The position numbers were made by a program, and so were the translations under genes. Shown piece by piece: positions 28,180-40,779 of a stretch of DNA of 64,000 nucleotides. Position 1 is the stretch's first letter; every line of letters begins with the position of its first letter. Below the pieces are notes generated by a model that worked only from the letters and a program-made list of their open reading frames with translations, was not told the DNA's origin and made no database searches. The stretch covers positions 48,548,001-48,612,000 of the forward strand of contig CM052817.1 of the NCBI GenBank assembly GCA_028534125.1, in the 5' to 3' direction. This DNA comes from Lama glama. Its lineage: Eukaryota.

Positions 28180-29560
28180 GGTGCGGAGTGAACGATCGTA
28201 AAAAATTTAGTGGTCCAACTAGGGCCACGCGGGCGGCGGCGCGGCAGCAGCCACACCTACTCGGCAGCCGCGGCGCTCTGAGCCCGCAGAAGGCGGCGCC
28301 GCCCCCTCCTCGACTCCTCCGGGGAAGCCTCCCAGCAGAGACCCAGGGCTGGGACCCGGCGAGCACGTGGGAGGCTGGCGAGATCCAGCGCCTGGGCAGG
28401 GAGGGGAGGCTGGGCGGGAGCCTGCGGCCTGGGGAGACTCGGAGGTAAATAATCCGGCGCCCAGACAGCGGCCGCCCCTCTGCGTGCCCCCGGACGGGAG
28501 CGTACCAAGAAGCCACCCCCAACGCCCCTACCTCCTAGCCGGCCCGGCGTCCGGCTCGGCTCCGGGGACCCAGCAGGAGGCGGAGCTCCGCGGAGCCGGG
28601 CCGGCCCTTCCCGGCCGAGGCCCCCCCTTACCCTCCCCGCTGGCGTCCCCCTTCCCGGCCGCCACTCACGGTGTTTGCCGCCACCGCCACCGGCACCGCC
28701 ACCGGCACCACCGCCGCCGCCGCTCGGGTAGCTCAGGAGCAGGAAGGGCAGCGGGGAGCCCGGCGACGGCGGGGTCCTCCAGGAGCGCTGTTGCTGCTGC
28801 GGCGGCGGGCGCGCTACGAAGCCGGCGCCTCCATCGCCCGGGTAGAGCAGGAAGAAGGGGGCGGCCACCGGCGAGCCCGGCTCCGATTGCCCCGCGGGGG
28901 AGGCCAGCGGCGGCCCCGCCTCGTCCTCTGGGTCCGCGCCCTGGGTTGGAGTGCGGCGCGGCTCCTCCAGTCGCTGCTTCCCGCCCCTCCCCGGCTCCTC
29001 GCTGCAACTTTCCGCGCCGGCGGTGGGCGGCGGCGAGGTCTCAGCCATGCTCGCTCCTTCCTTCGCCGCCGCCTCCGACTCGCGCTCAGGCCTGGGCGGG
29101 GGGAGCAGAGGGTCACGGCGGGGAGCCGCCGCCCCGTCCCGTCCGCGCCGCCACCTTTCTCCTTGGCTGCGGGCCGGTCTGGGCTCCGTCGCTCCGTCTA
29201 CAGCCCGCCCCGCCGGGTCCGAGCCAGCTGGAGGGACGGCCCCGCCCGACGGCGCGGTCTCCCTACCGGCCGTCTCCTCCCGTCGGCCCCTCCCGCCCCG
29301 GCCCCCAGCCTGCGGCGCGGCTCCCCTAGGGGGCGACCTCCTCCTCTTCCCACTTCCCACCTTCCGCCTCGCTCCGGCATCGCTGAGCTCCCTGCCCACC
29401 CGGGAAAGGAGACGGCGCCCAGGGCCTCGTCCTTCCCCGTCCCCGGCCCGGCCCGACCCGACCCTCCCGAGCGGTCAGGTGTGTTTGCCACCCGCTCCGC
29501 CCCCCCGTGCTTGAACGGTGGGAGACCTGGCCAAACATCCAGGGGCGCTTCTGTGTGTAA
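28180..29560. promoter_or_regulatory. RUFY3: CpG island, upstream promoter of RUFY3
   Basis: Very GC- and CpG-rich with several GC-box-like motifs; surrounds the upstream first exon. Confidence 0.9.
28670..29048 (-). CDS. RUFY3: RUFY3 alternative upstream first coding exon (MAETSPPP... isoform)
   Basis: ATG at 29048 in a strong Kozak context (agcATGg). 126 codons plus 1 nt: MAETSPPPTAGAESCSEEP...PFFLLYPGDGGAGF...PLPFLLLSYPSGGGGG...GKH. The donor CACC|gtgagt is phase 1, the same as the 14546-14723 exon, so both can join one exon 2. Confidence 0.85.
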
Positions 29561-31854
29561 CCGCCTAACTTCATCGGTGGCACAAAGATCTGGGTTGAAG
29601 AGGCGAAAGCTAATTTTAAACAGGAGACTGCCCTCCCCCAACCCCGTATTAAACTGTACCATTTGTCTTGCACACGCTATAATTTTGACCGTTGATTCAC
29701 GGTTTTGATTTATGAGCTTTTTCTGTGAGAAACCAGAGGTGGGTGTCTTCCTTTCCGCACTTCTTTTGTTCCCTGTCATATGCACTGTGTAGAAATGTTG
29801 TATGTGCTTTGGCTTTAACTCCCTGGTTTTCCGGTGTACCGGATGCGCATGAATGCATTTTAAACCAAACAGCTTAGAATTTATGTGGCAAGCGTCTATT
29901 ACAGGGCGACAGTTTTCACTTTCATAGTGCCTGTGTCTCCCTAGTAATTGGCCAGTGGTGCTTTATTTTGAATATTTGAATCAGTGATGACTGATCCAGT
30001 TATTCCCGTAAGTAAACATTTCCTTCTTTAATAAAGACAATTTCCAGTTACTATCGTTATTCTTTGAGCTGGACTCCATGAACGTGCCCCGTATTTCCCA
30101 GCTGATTAACTTTGTGTTCGGGTTGCAAAAATGCTGGCATAGAATCCATATTGACTCATAATTAAAAATCACTGTTGTGTAACATTTTGTCCACCTGTTT
30201 TTCCCTCTTTATCTGGTCTGTCTTTGCTTCTGTGGAGGAAGTTATGCCTCTCTGAAAGGAAAAGTAAGCCTTTTCATTGTTATTCTCTGAAAAACCACCT
30301 TGAAATTTCAAGAAGTTACCATGAGACTTCTAATACTATCTTCCACCAACTCTTTTAAACCAAAATATATTTTAAAAGGAGGTGTTTACGAAGACGCTAA
30401 CTTCAAGCAATCAGAAATTTCTTAGTTTTTCCGTTTTGGGCATTTCGGTGACCTGTTGATCACAGTGCTACTACTTGCTTAAGTAAGTTGTCTTCTTAGC
30501 TTGGATTCTTGTTCTGGCATAGGTGAAAACAATTATTACTAGTTATGTTTTATCTTTTTAGTAAAACAGCATGTAATTTACAAAAATAAAAACAAACTCA
30601 GTTGAGGAGGAAAAAAGGTTTTTTATCATATCTTTAACATTTTGGAAGTTTGTTGGTCCTTTTCATTTCATTCTTGGTGAGGGTGAGAATCTTGATAAAA
30701 AACATAATTGCCTTTGAGGAATTACAAACTGTATAATACCTTGAAGAGAAAAACTAAAAGATTCCAGATGTATTATATAGTTTTATACCCATCTTTAACT
30801 GGATCCTTTACCTTGTTTTTGCATGCAGAAATCTGTGGCACTGTGTTCTTGTCAGGTTCCTTCACACAGTTGTTTTGCAATTTTTCAGTAAAGAATTTGA
30901 CAAGAATATACTTTTACCCCACTGTAGGCAGAAGAAAAAAAGAGTAGACTCCTCACAAATCACTCTTGAGAAAGGCCAATAATTAGCCAAGGGAGTCACC
31001 AAGCTAACAAATTATGAAATGCTATCTAGTCTAAATCACAAGCTTTTTGTTTTCTAGTTAGCCAGAATACTTATAGTTATTGATATGCTGTGGAATCTTG
31101 CAGCATATTGTTTTTGTTTTATTTTATTTTTTTAGTTTGAAATCTGTTTCATTGTCTTAAATTTTATTTTGTTTTTATTGAAATATGGTCAGTTTATAAT
31201 GTGTTCTTTTCTGGTGTACAGCATAGTGGTTTATTGGGTTTTCTGGGGCCTCTTTACTTTTAAAAACAGTTCTATTTATGTTCTCTGTCATTAATTAAGT
31301 GGCAGTTTAATGAATATAAAAAAATCAACTGAAATATAAATCCTTTAAAGTTCATAGGCAAGGCTGTTTATGAACATTTTCCTTAAAGGTGGATGGTATT
31401 CCAAGTTCCTAGTTTCTTATGCTTTTAGCTTTTGGATCAATAATATAATCATAGCTCTACATAAGTTTTAGTGACATAAAGGGCTGATTCAGCTGCTACA
31501 CATGTTTAAGGAAGCTAAGATTATAAAAACAAGCCTAAACACGTTGCTTCTTTATGCAAATGCTTCTTCCTAATACTATTTTAAAGTGACACAACCCAAG
31601 CCACTGTACGAATTAACGTCTATTAACTTTTCTCTAATAAAAGGAAAATAAAGCAAGAGATGTTTTCAACTTAATCTGCACTTTATTTTTGTTATCTATG
31701 TTTGGTTTTTTGAAACCCTTTGATTATCTTAAGGATGGACACTTAGAATATATTAAAACTTTTTAGAGATCAGTGTCATAGATGTACTTTTACCATAAGA
31801 TTCTTAGAGCTGTGATCAGAGAAAAGATGCTACTTGGGAAGGATTGATACTCTT

Positions 31855-34245
31855 TTTCAGATTTCAGTCTTAAATTTGTTGAGACTTATTTTGTGGCCTA
31901 ACATATGATCTGTCCTGGAGAATGTTCTATGTGCACTTGAATGTGTATTCTGCTCTTTTGGTGTGGAATGTTCTGTATATAGTTATTAAGTTCGCTTGGT
32001 GTAATGTGTCATTTAAGGCCTGTGTTTCCTTATTAATTTTCTGTCTAGATGATCTGTCCATTGGTGAAATTTGGGTGTTAAAGTCCCCAACTATTACTCT
32101 ATTACTATCAATTTCTCCCTCTATGTCTGTTAATATTTGGTTTCTATATTTAGGTGCTCTTATGTTGGGTGCATATATATATTTACAATTGTTACATATT
32201 CTTGTTGGATTGGTCCCTTTATCATTACATAATGCCCTTCTTTGTCTCTTGTCTGATACAAGTATTACTACGCCAGTTTTCTTTTTGTTTTCCATTTAAA
32301 TGGAATTCCTTTCCCATCCCCTCACTTTCAGTCTGTGTGTGAGACATTTCCTTTCATAATTTTCATATTTCTAAGTAGTAGCCTTTTTGTTGAAAATCCC
32401 TTTAACATTTCTTATAAAGCTGGTTTAGTGGTGCTGAAGTCTTTTAGCTATTCCTTGTCTGTTAAACTCTATCTCTCCAAATCTGAATGATAATTTTCTA
32501 GGTAGAATATTCTTGGTTGTAGATTTTTTCTTTTATCACTTTGAATATATTGTGTCACTCTCATCTGGCTTGCACAGTTTTTATTGAAAAGTCAGCTTAT
32601 ATCCCTGTAGGGGTTCCCTTGCATATAGCAGTATAATTAGTTACTTTTCTCTTGCTGTTTTTAAGATTCCCTCTTCATCTTTAATTTTTGCCATTTTAAT
32701 TTTAATGTGCCGTGATGTGGAACTCTTTGGGTTCCTCTTGTTTGGGAATCTGTGCTTCCTGGACCGATGTCTGTTTATTTCCCCAGGCTAGAGTAGTTTT
32801 CAGCTATTATTTCTTCAAATAATTTTTCTGCCCCTTTCTCTCTCTTATCAATGCGAATATTTGTATACTTGATATTGTCCCAGAGGCCTCTTAAACTATC
32901 CTCATTTTTAAAAATTCTTTTTTCTTTTCAGCTTGGCTGATTTCTACTACTCTGTCTTCCTGATTGCTAATCTCTTCCTCTGTATCATGTAACCTACTGT
33001 TGATTCTTTTCAGTGTATTTTTTATTTCACTTATTGTATTTTTTACCTCTGTTTGGTTCCTCTTCATAATTTCTAACTTGAAATTCTGTGTTCATCCATT
33101 CTTCTCCCCAGTTTGGTAAGCATCTATATGGTCATTACCTTGAACTCTTTATTGGGTTGATTGCTTATCTCTACTTTGTTTAATTCTTTTTCTGAGGTTA
33201 TGGCTCTTAGTTTGGAACATATTCTTCTGTCTTCTCATTTGGCTTAATTTACTGTGTTTATTTCTGTGTCAGTTTGATTGGTTACGTTTCCCGACCTTAG
33301 AGAAGTGGCCTTATGTAAGAGAAATCCTATGGAGCCAAGCAGTATGCTCCCTTCTGGTCCTCAGAGCCATATGTTCTAGGGCTGTGCCCTGTGTGGGCTC
33401 TGTGTACCCTTCATTTGTGGTGGGGTGACTACTGTGGGTGTGCTGGTTGGAGGGCCTGGCCTTCTGCCTTGTTGACTGTGAGGCTGTGCTTCATGCTTTG
33501 GCTGCTATGGCCTACTGTAGGGTGGGTCTGGGTCCCTGGTGCTAATACACTAGAAGGAGGATTCCAAAGTGGAGCTTGATGGTACCAGTGTTATCATGGT
33601 TGAATGAACTCCCCAAAATGGCTACTGCCAACGTCTCCACCCCCAGGGGAAGACCCAGTTGCCTTCTGCCTCTCCAGGAGGCTCTCCAAGATCACTAAGT
33701 AGGTTTGACTCAGTCTCACTTCAAACTACTGCCTCACTGCTGGGACTTGGAACATGTGAGATTTTTGCAGGTGCTCTTTAAGAGTGAAGTCTCGGTGGTA
33801 GCTTAGTGGTAGAGTGCATGCCTAGCGTGCATGAGGTCCTGGATTCAATCTCCAGTACTTCCACTAAAATTAATTAATTAATTAATTAATTAATTAATTC
33901 CGCCTCCAAAAAAAAAGGGCAGGGAGGAGGGCGGTGAAGTCTCTGTTTCTTATAGCCCTCTGGCTTTCCTGAATATAAGCCCTGCTGGAAGACTTCCATG
34001 ATTGTGATTTTCTCTTGTTTGTGGATCACTGACCCCTGGGGGTGTAATTCCTGACTCGACTCCATCTCCACCCATCTGCTGTCTCATTGTGGTTCCTTCT
34101 TTATGCCTTTAGTTGAAATCTTTTCTGCTAGTCTTCAGGTTGTTCTTTTAGGTTGCTGCTCTCTAAGTAGTTGTAATTTTGGTGTCGCTGTGGGAGGAGG
34201 TGAGTTCAGCATCTTCCTAATTCTACTATCTGGCCACCTCTCCTA
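31855..34245 (-). mobile_element. Degenerate L1 5' portion (5' UTR, ORF1 remnant, ORF2 endonuclease fragment)
   Basis: ORF 31927-32295 has L1 endonuclease motifs (GVVILVSDK, YAPN, IVGDFNT, MDRSSRQKINKET, YRTFH). Adjacent T-rich sequence resembles antisense ORF1. Confidence 0.85.
33794..33916 (+). mobile_element. tRNA-derived SINE nested in the L1, with an internal (TTAA)n expansion
   Basis: gtagcttagtggtagagtgcatgcctagcgtgcatgaggtcctggattcaatctccagtacttcc. TSD gtgaagtctc at 33784-33793 and 33934-33943. Confidence 0.85.
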
Positions 34246-34261
34246 TGAGCACTACTCTTAG

Positions 34262-34362
34262 TGATTTTTCTGGTTGCTGTTGTTAGTGAAGGTACTGGGC
34301 ATTGAACCCAGAACCTTGTGCGTGTTAAGCATGCATTCTACCACTGAGCTATGCCCGATCCC
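34262..34362 (-). mobile_element. tRNA-derived SINE (camelid-type)
   Basis: ggtactgggcattgaacccagaaccttgtgcgtgttaagcatgcattctaccactgagctat; flanked by agc(a/t)ctactctta repeats. Confidence 0.8.
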
Positions 34363-36049
34363 TATAAGCTCTACTCTTAATACAATACTCTGATTAAAAG
34401 TACAATGCACTCTTACGAAATGTAGTTACCTTAATCAACAAGATCAAACAATGGCAGTTTTCTTTGGGTGGTAGAAATATGGATGTATTTTTCCATTTTT
34501 CTAATTCTCTTTATATGCAAGTGGTCTATAATGAATGTTACTTTGTTAATAGAAAATAAAAAATGTTGAGGGACCATTTCGATTAAATTTGATAATTATA
34601 TCTTTTTAATGAAGATCTACTAACAGCAAAGTTGTGTTCCATGTGTGTACTGTGGAGAAGTAGAATTCAAGATACCTACCCTAGAGGAGCTTATCATATT
34701 TTGTGCCTATTTAGAGTTGTAACATAATAGAATTTCTGAAACTACTTGGTTGGTTGTTTTTGCTGACCTTCCATGGCTTTGTCCATACTTTGTTCCAATT
34801 ATCATGCTCTCTTTTAAAAATTCTCTTCTAAATTTTCCTCAGATCTGTCCCTGAATTTGTCCTACTTTAATTGAAATCTTCATCCTTTTTGCCTGTTATT
34901 GCAAAGGACTCCTCGCTGGTTTTCATATCCCTATTTTAAATTTATTCTAACTCCATTGTTCAACAGCAGCTAGACTGAGTACTTTTTTCTGAAAGTTGAT
35001 CTAATTCTACCATACTGATTCTTAAAAACCTTGGTTGCCTTCTCCATGTCTGGATACAATCTCAGCTCCTTAAACTTTTTCATGATCTAATCCCTCCCCA
35101 CCTTTCCAGTATTATCTTTCTACCCTGTTGCCTCTGGATAAACTTTAACGTGTTTGACATTCCTCATATTACCACATCCACTCTTCCAAGATTCTACTCA
35201 AACAGATCTTCTTTGCCTTCCTTAGAGTTATGTGCCTCCTTTGAGGTCCCATAGCATCCTAACTAAAGAGTTAATCACTCTGACTAAAGTTCCTATCTCT
35301 TCTACCAATGTGTCTACTCCCAAAGTTAAGATCTTTGTTTCTTCTTTTTACACAACAGATTTATTCCTCTAGTAGTTTTCAGGTCCTGTCTACCCCTACC
35401 CCGTGACTTTCTTTTTTTTTTAATTAAAAATCCTTTTCTTCTTTCTAAAATCCTATCAAAATTCTTTGATTCTGTGGCCATCAGGGACCGTGAATAGAAG
35501 TGATTCAGAAAATTTGAAGTGAATATGAAGTTTAAAGAATAAACTTATTTGTTTGGCTGCAGTTTCCCTTTTGTGTATGTTCAAGCATGATATGATTAGA
35601 AATGTATGTCTAAAAGAGCTCACTTAATAAATATTAAAAAAAAAATTCTAGGTGCTAATCAAATTCTTTTGTCTTCTACTTACTTTGAATAATCCCCTCT
35701 CCTACCCATGGTAAGATGATCTCCTATTGTATTAACATCAGCCATATAAATGCTTAAAGGTAAAAAGAACAGTCCTCTAGTATAGTTTCCTATGAGGTAG
35801 GAGACTCCTGGCTTGTCTAGGAACCCACTAACGTGGTATGTAAAATGAGATTAGGCCTATGTATTATTGTTCTGGGAGGAAGGTCCATTGCTTTCAATAG
35901 ATTTCTCAAGGGGCCATCCTAGAATTTTTGAAGTCTCATGGTAAGACTATATCTTGTTTCATTCTTGTAATTATAATAGAGGTATATATTAATTTCACTT
36001 ATTTGTCTATGTTATAATTGAAGAGAAACCTAAAAAGCTGTGTGCCCAG

Positions 36050-36238
36050 AGCAGTGTTTCCCAAAGTGTGTTCTATAGACCATTTGAATCAGCATCCTCT
36101 GAGGTGTCTGTTAAAAATAGAGATCCATGGGTCCACACCAGGCTAGCTAAATAAAAATCTGTGGAGGCTGGGCACAGGAATCTGCATTTTAAACTTAACA
36201 ATTGATCCTTAGGAATTTAGGTTTAAGAACCACTATGA
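36050..36238. mobile_element. MER5A-like hAT-Charlie DNA transposon remnant
   Basis: cagtgtttcccaaagtgtgttc...gaatcagcatc...aggaatctgcattttaa...tttaagaaccact. Confidence 0.75.
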
Positions 36239-36299
36239 TAAAACCAAGAAAACGAACTCCTTCAAGTAGAGTAAATTAGTTTTATTATTTTTAATGTAT

Positions 36300-36515
36300 T
36301 AATAGTAACTAACACTAAGCACTTAGTACTTGCCAGGTGCTATTGTAAATGTATGTTATATGGTTTAAGTAAATTAAATGGCTATAACAATCATACATTA
36401 TTTAATGTGAGGAAACTGGGACAGAGGGAGGTTAAGTAGACCAAAGACACATAGTAAGTGGTGAAACGGATTTAAACTCAGTCTTGGCTCCAGAGGTCAA
36501 GCTCCTAATTGCTAC
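36300..36515 (-). mobile_element. MIR SINE remnant
   Basis: taactaacactaagcacttagtacttgccagg...tgaggaaactgggacagagggaggttaagta. Confidence 0.7.
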
Positions 36516-37217
36516 CCTAAGCACTTCAGGCAGAACATTTTATTAGTTTTTTCCAGGTTTTTTGTTTTGTTTTAGAGTTTAAAAAATGTTGATTCTTAAT
36601 ATTTACTATTATGTAAAGCTTCACTTTGAAGCAAATATTTAAAAAATCAGTTTTTCTCCTCCACAAGTCAATAACTGAAAGAATCAAGAAAACATTTTCT
36701 GGAATACATAGCTAAAGTAACTACATTAAATAACTTCGATATGAGATAATACACTTTAAGCAAAATTAAAAACTCGCATGTTGAACATTTGTTGGTTTGG
36801 TTGGTGTTAAATTTTCTATACTGTTTCTGTGTTTAAACTTGTGATAGCAAAATACAAATGTTTTGAAATAATATCTTAAAGAATTTTTTACACTCTGATT
36901 TATTACCAGAAACATAATTTGGCTTGAAGGATTTGGAATTATGGTTGACTCCTACATGATTTTTCTGGATCATGTACTAGTCAGACAGCGGTACATGTTT
37001 ATCATTGTGATTCCTGAGATGTAAATTATGCTGATTTTCATCTTTCCTTAATTATTTTGGTAATGTTAACTTATATTACTTTAACATATTAAAATCTTTT
37101 ACTTCACACAACCAGTAAGGGAAAAATAAGCAACTCCACACACTCCTCGGATATATCAAACATTTTCTTTGTCTCAGATATGTGAATGTAATTGTATACA
37201 TTACCTAAGCTAGTTTT

Positions 37218-37357
37218 TTTTGGTGTTGTTTGTTTTAGGGGGGAGGTAATTAGGTTTATTTGTTATTATTTTTTTTAAATGGAAGTTCTGGGGGGATTGA
37301 ACCCAGGTCCTCATGCATGCTAAGCACGCTCTCTTCCACTGAGCTATACCTTCCTCC
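37218..37357 (-). mobile_element. tRNA-derived SINE (camelid-type)
   Basis: gggattgaacccaggtcctcatgcatgctaagcacgctctcttccactgagctatacc. TSD cctaagctagtttt on both sides. Confidence 0.88.
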
Positions 37358-38449
37358 CTAAGCTAGTTTTATCTTTAAGATCACAAAAAGAAATTTCCCA
37401 GTTTGCCAAAAGCTTTGACCATTAAGGCAGTTTTAGAGGCTTGATAAGCAAATAAATTTATTTCTATATAAAAATTAAAGGGATATGTTAACTCCTTTAT
37501 AAATAAGAATATAGGTAAGAAACTATGGCTTAGAGAAATTGATTAGTCCAAAGCAAGTCAGCTGGCTAATAGCAGAGTAAGTTACTGGATCACTAATTTG
37601 ATATTTTCCTCTACTTTTAATATTTTGTATTTTCAATAGTTGCCCATAGCTTAACATGCTGACATGAAACTAACTGGTTGTTGCTTTGTATTGATGACTG
37701 ATACCAGTAATCTACTTTATTGGAGCTCTTATGCATGAGACTCTCCAGGGTTCACAAAGTGAATCTCTATGAAAAATGATCACATTGAATAGTTAACAAT
37801 TTATTGTTTATGTTAGGACAGTACCCAGCACATCTCAGGGCTCTTTAAATGTTTGTTAAATAAATACAAAATTTGGAAGATGTAAACATTAAATCCAGTA
37901 ACTTCTGTTCCTTTAAAACATTTTTTCCTTAAAATTTTATATACATGACAGGGATTTGACATAAAACATTAAACATTTTCAACTGCTCACTTCATTTCCT
38001 TGTTTTTGTCCTGTCCCAGGTTTTCTATATCCCTTCATGTGCTTGCTCACCCAATGCTTTCTCCTTGTTCCAATCTTAGAATACTAATTTCTCAAGCATT
38101 TTTACATATATGACTGCACTTTATTCTCTATGTTCCTGTAACAAATAGGAATCACCATACTACTAGCTATACTTTGTTGCGCATCTTCATGCTAGATGTG
38201 ATCGTCACAACCTGTAGTAAGAGCCAACACTTATTAGGTGTTTGCTGTATAACAGGCATTGTTCTAAATGCTTTATATGTATTAATTCACTTTATCTTCA
38301 TAATAACTCTATGAAATAGGTACTACTACTACTATCCCCAGATGAAAAAATGAGGAAGAGAGATCAAGTAACGTGCCCAATATCACAAGTACTAAGTGAT
38401 GGAAATGGGGCAGGGGGTAAAGTCTGCTCTTGAATTGGAAAAACTGAGT

Positions 38450-39272
38450 TTTACACCTGTGTTTCTCCTTTACTGTCACACTGTTATACAACTCTAAACA
38501 CTCTGACACCATATGTAATTTTTTCCTTCCCCCACAAAGCAATTCTCTGCAACACCAGCTGGGTGTCCAATTTAATTCAATTCTGACACTATCTACCTGG
38601 AGATGGCATCAGATCCCACAGGTTAAGAGCTTGGTTCCGCAAGACTGCCCCTATCCCTTACCCCCTCTTCAGATGCCAATCAAAAGTCCAGGTGCTTTTG
38701 ATTGGCCATCTGTGCTACTGACTTACCAACTATAAATCTGAGGGTGTCACAACTCCCTCCTTGGGTTTGATTAATTTGCTAGAGCAGCTCACAGAACTCA
38801 AGGAACACTGACGTTTACAGTTTAGTAAAGGATATGATGTAGATGAACTGTCAGATAAAGAGGTACATACAGTGAAGCCTGGCAGGATCCCCAGCACAGG
38901 AGCTCATGTCCCCATGAAGTTGTGTGCATCACCATCCCAGTATGTGGATGTTTACGACCCTAGAAGCTCCTCAAACTCCATACTATTGGGATTTTGTGGA
39001 GACTTCCTCAGGTAGATATGACCAATTATTAACTCCATCTCCAGCCCCTCTCCTCTCTCTGGAGCATGGGGATCTGGGGCTGAAAATTCCAAGCTTATAA
39101 TCACGGCTTGGTCTTTCTGGTGACCAGCTCTCATCCAGGAGCCCACCCAGAGTCACCTCATTAAAACAAATGATGCTCCCAGTGCTCTTATCACTTAGGA
39201 ATTTACAAGGGCTTTAGTTCTGTGCCAGAAACTGGGGGCAGAAATCAATATATATACTTTCCATTATCTTCA
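38450..39272 (-). mobile_element. Solo LTR, MER21-like
   Basis: Reverse-complement similarity to the 3593-4445 element (aattcaattctgacactatctacctggagatggcatcagatcccacagg...cacttaggaatttacaagg). Confidence 0.8.
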
Positions 39273-39419
39273 GTTCTTCACCATTGTTATGTTAGCTCCC
39301 CAAGGTAGTTATAATAATAGTATCACATAAATGAAGAAAATGAGTCAGATATCAAGTAATTAACTCAAAATCACCCTAGTAAGTTAACTCCAATACCTGT
39401 ACTTTTTCTACTATATCAG

Positions 39420-39625
39420 AAAAGGAAGTATAGGATAGGGGTCTTAAGCCAGAAGGAGTAGGCTGAAATCCTGGCTCTACCACTTGATACCTATATGACC
39501 TTGAGAAAGGTTCTTAACTTCTCTTTGCCAGTTGTCTCATCTTTAAAATATGGATAATAATAGAACTTACTACATAAGAGTTGTGGGGAATAAGGCAATA
39601 ACAAATAAAATGCTTAAAACAACAG
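39420..39625 (+). mobile_element. MIR SINE remnant
   Basis: aaatcctggctctaccacttg...tgaccttgagaaagg...cttaacttctc...tctcatctttaaaatatggataataatag. Confidence 0.7.
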
Positions 39626-40730
39626 TACCTTTCCACTCAATATAAGCTTTTATTTCCAGCCTACCTCTTTAAAGAAAACAAAAGAAAATAATTTGGCATG
39701 TGTGCTGCTCTGAGGCAGCAGCTGTAAATCAGAGATTAAAAGAATGAAGGCCGGTTTGGGTCCAAATCCCAAGCACATGTTCTTTAGAAGGTTAGCCTCC
39801 TGGAATTTCAGCATCCTCGTCTGATAGAACAGTGCCACTTCACAAAGTTAAGGCAAGTGTTTTAATAAATATTAACCACTGATCATCTCTGCACCTCTAG
39901 CAGCTAGCACGATGTTTAATGAATAAACAGTGACATACTTAAGATGTCCTTTGTGATTTTCTTCACTAGTCCTCTCATTTCTTCCCTGGCATCATCCTAC
40001 ATATTTTTAAGTTCACCATTTCATCTTTTCCCTACTGTAAAGACCAAAGTAATTGTAAAGAAAAATGTAACTCATTACCACTTGAAGTTACCACTAACCT
40101 AGTGGTAATCACACCAAATTTTCAGCAGGTGGGATGTACAAAGAGCACACTACAAGTCACCAGTACAGAAGAGGAAATGGAATTATTATCTTATTTACCA
40201 CATTTAACGACTATCAAAAAATATTCACAATGTAATTAAGATGTATCTTTTTCTATTTTTAACCAAGTTTCTCTTCATTCCTAAGCTTTTACCACAATTA
40301 AGGGTACAAAATCCTGAAGTTAACATTCAACCCATTATTAACAAGTACTACTCAAGAATTATACTTAAGTGAAATAATGTGTCAAAACTATTTTAAAAGC
40401 TATCTTACAAATAAGATAATTGCCAAAGATGCATTCTCTTCACTTTACATGAAAAATTATAAAAGTATTCCAAGTTTGATGGTTGCTCCACAACCAGCTG
40501 TGAAATTTCCCTAGGTTACTACTTGACAGAATATTGGAGAACTTTTTCGAAAACCATCTGTTTTCCCAAGCACATTCATATTGCTCCCAAAGTTCTTACT
40601 GCCCTGATTATAAATGAAAGACAAATTAATTGAGGAATAACCCAGACAAATTCCCCTTTTGACAAGAATTTTTAAAATTTAAGATTAGGAATTAAATATT
40701 AATAGTAACTTCACCAGTGAAAAATACAAA

Positions 40731-40736
40731 TTTATT
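40731..40736 (-). terminator. UTP3: UTP3 polyadenylation signal AATAAA
   Basis: tttatt on the plus strand, 43 nt past the stop codon. Confidence 0.7.
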
Positions 40737-40779
40737 AATCTAATATTTTGCCAAAAAAACCTTAAGCTAAGCAAATATT

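Noticed and set aside
27978..29785. Many long overlapping ORFs (up to 380 aa) on both strands
   Set aside because: Expected from stop-codon scarcity in a CpG island. Only the 28670-29048 frame has Kozak, donor and phase support.
31922..32342. ORFs of 122-125 aa
   Set aside because: Degenerate L1 ORF2 endonuclease fragment and its antisense frames.
40088..40108. 9-bp inverted repeat ttaccacta-acc-tagtggtaa downstream of UTP3
   Set aside because: Too short to separate from chance in 64 kb, and no supporting context.
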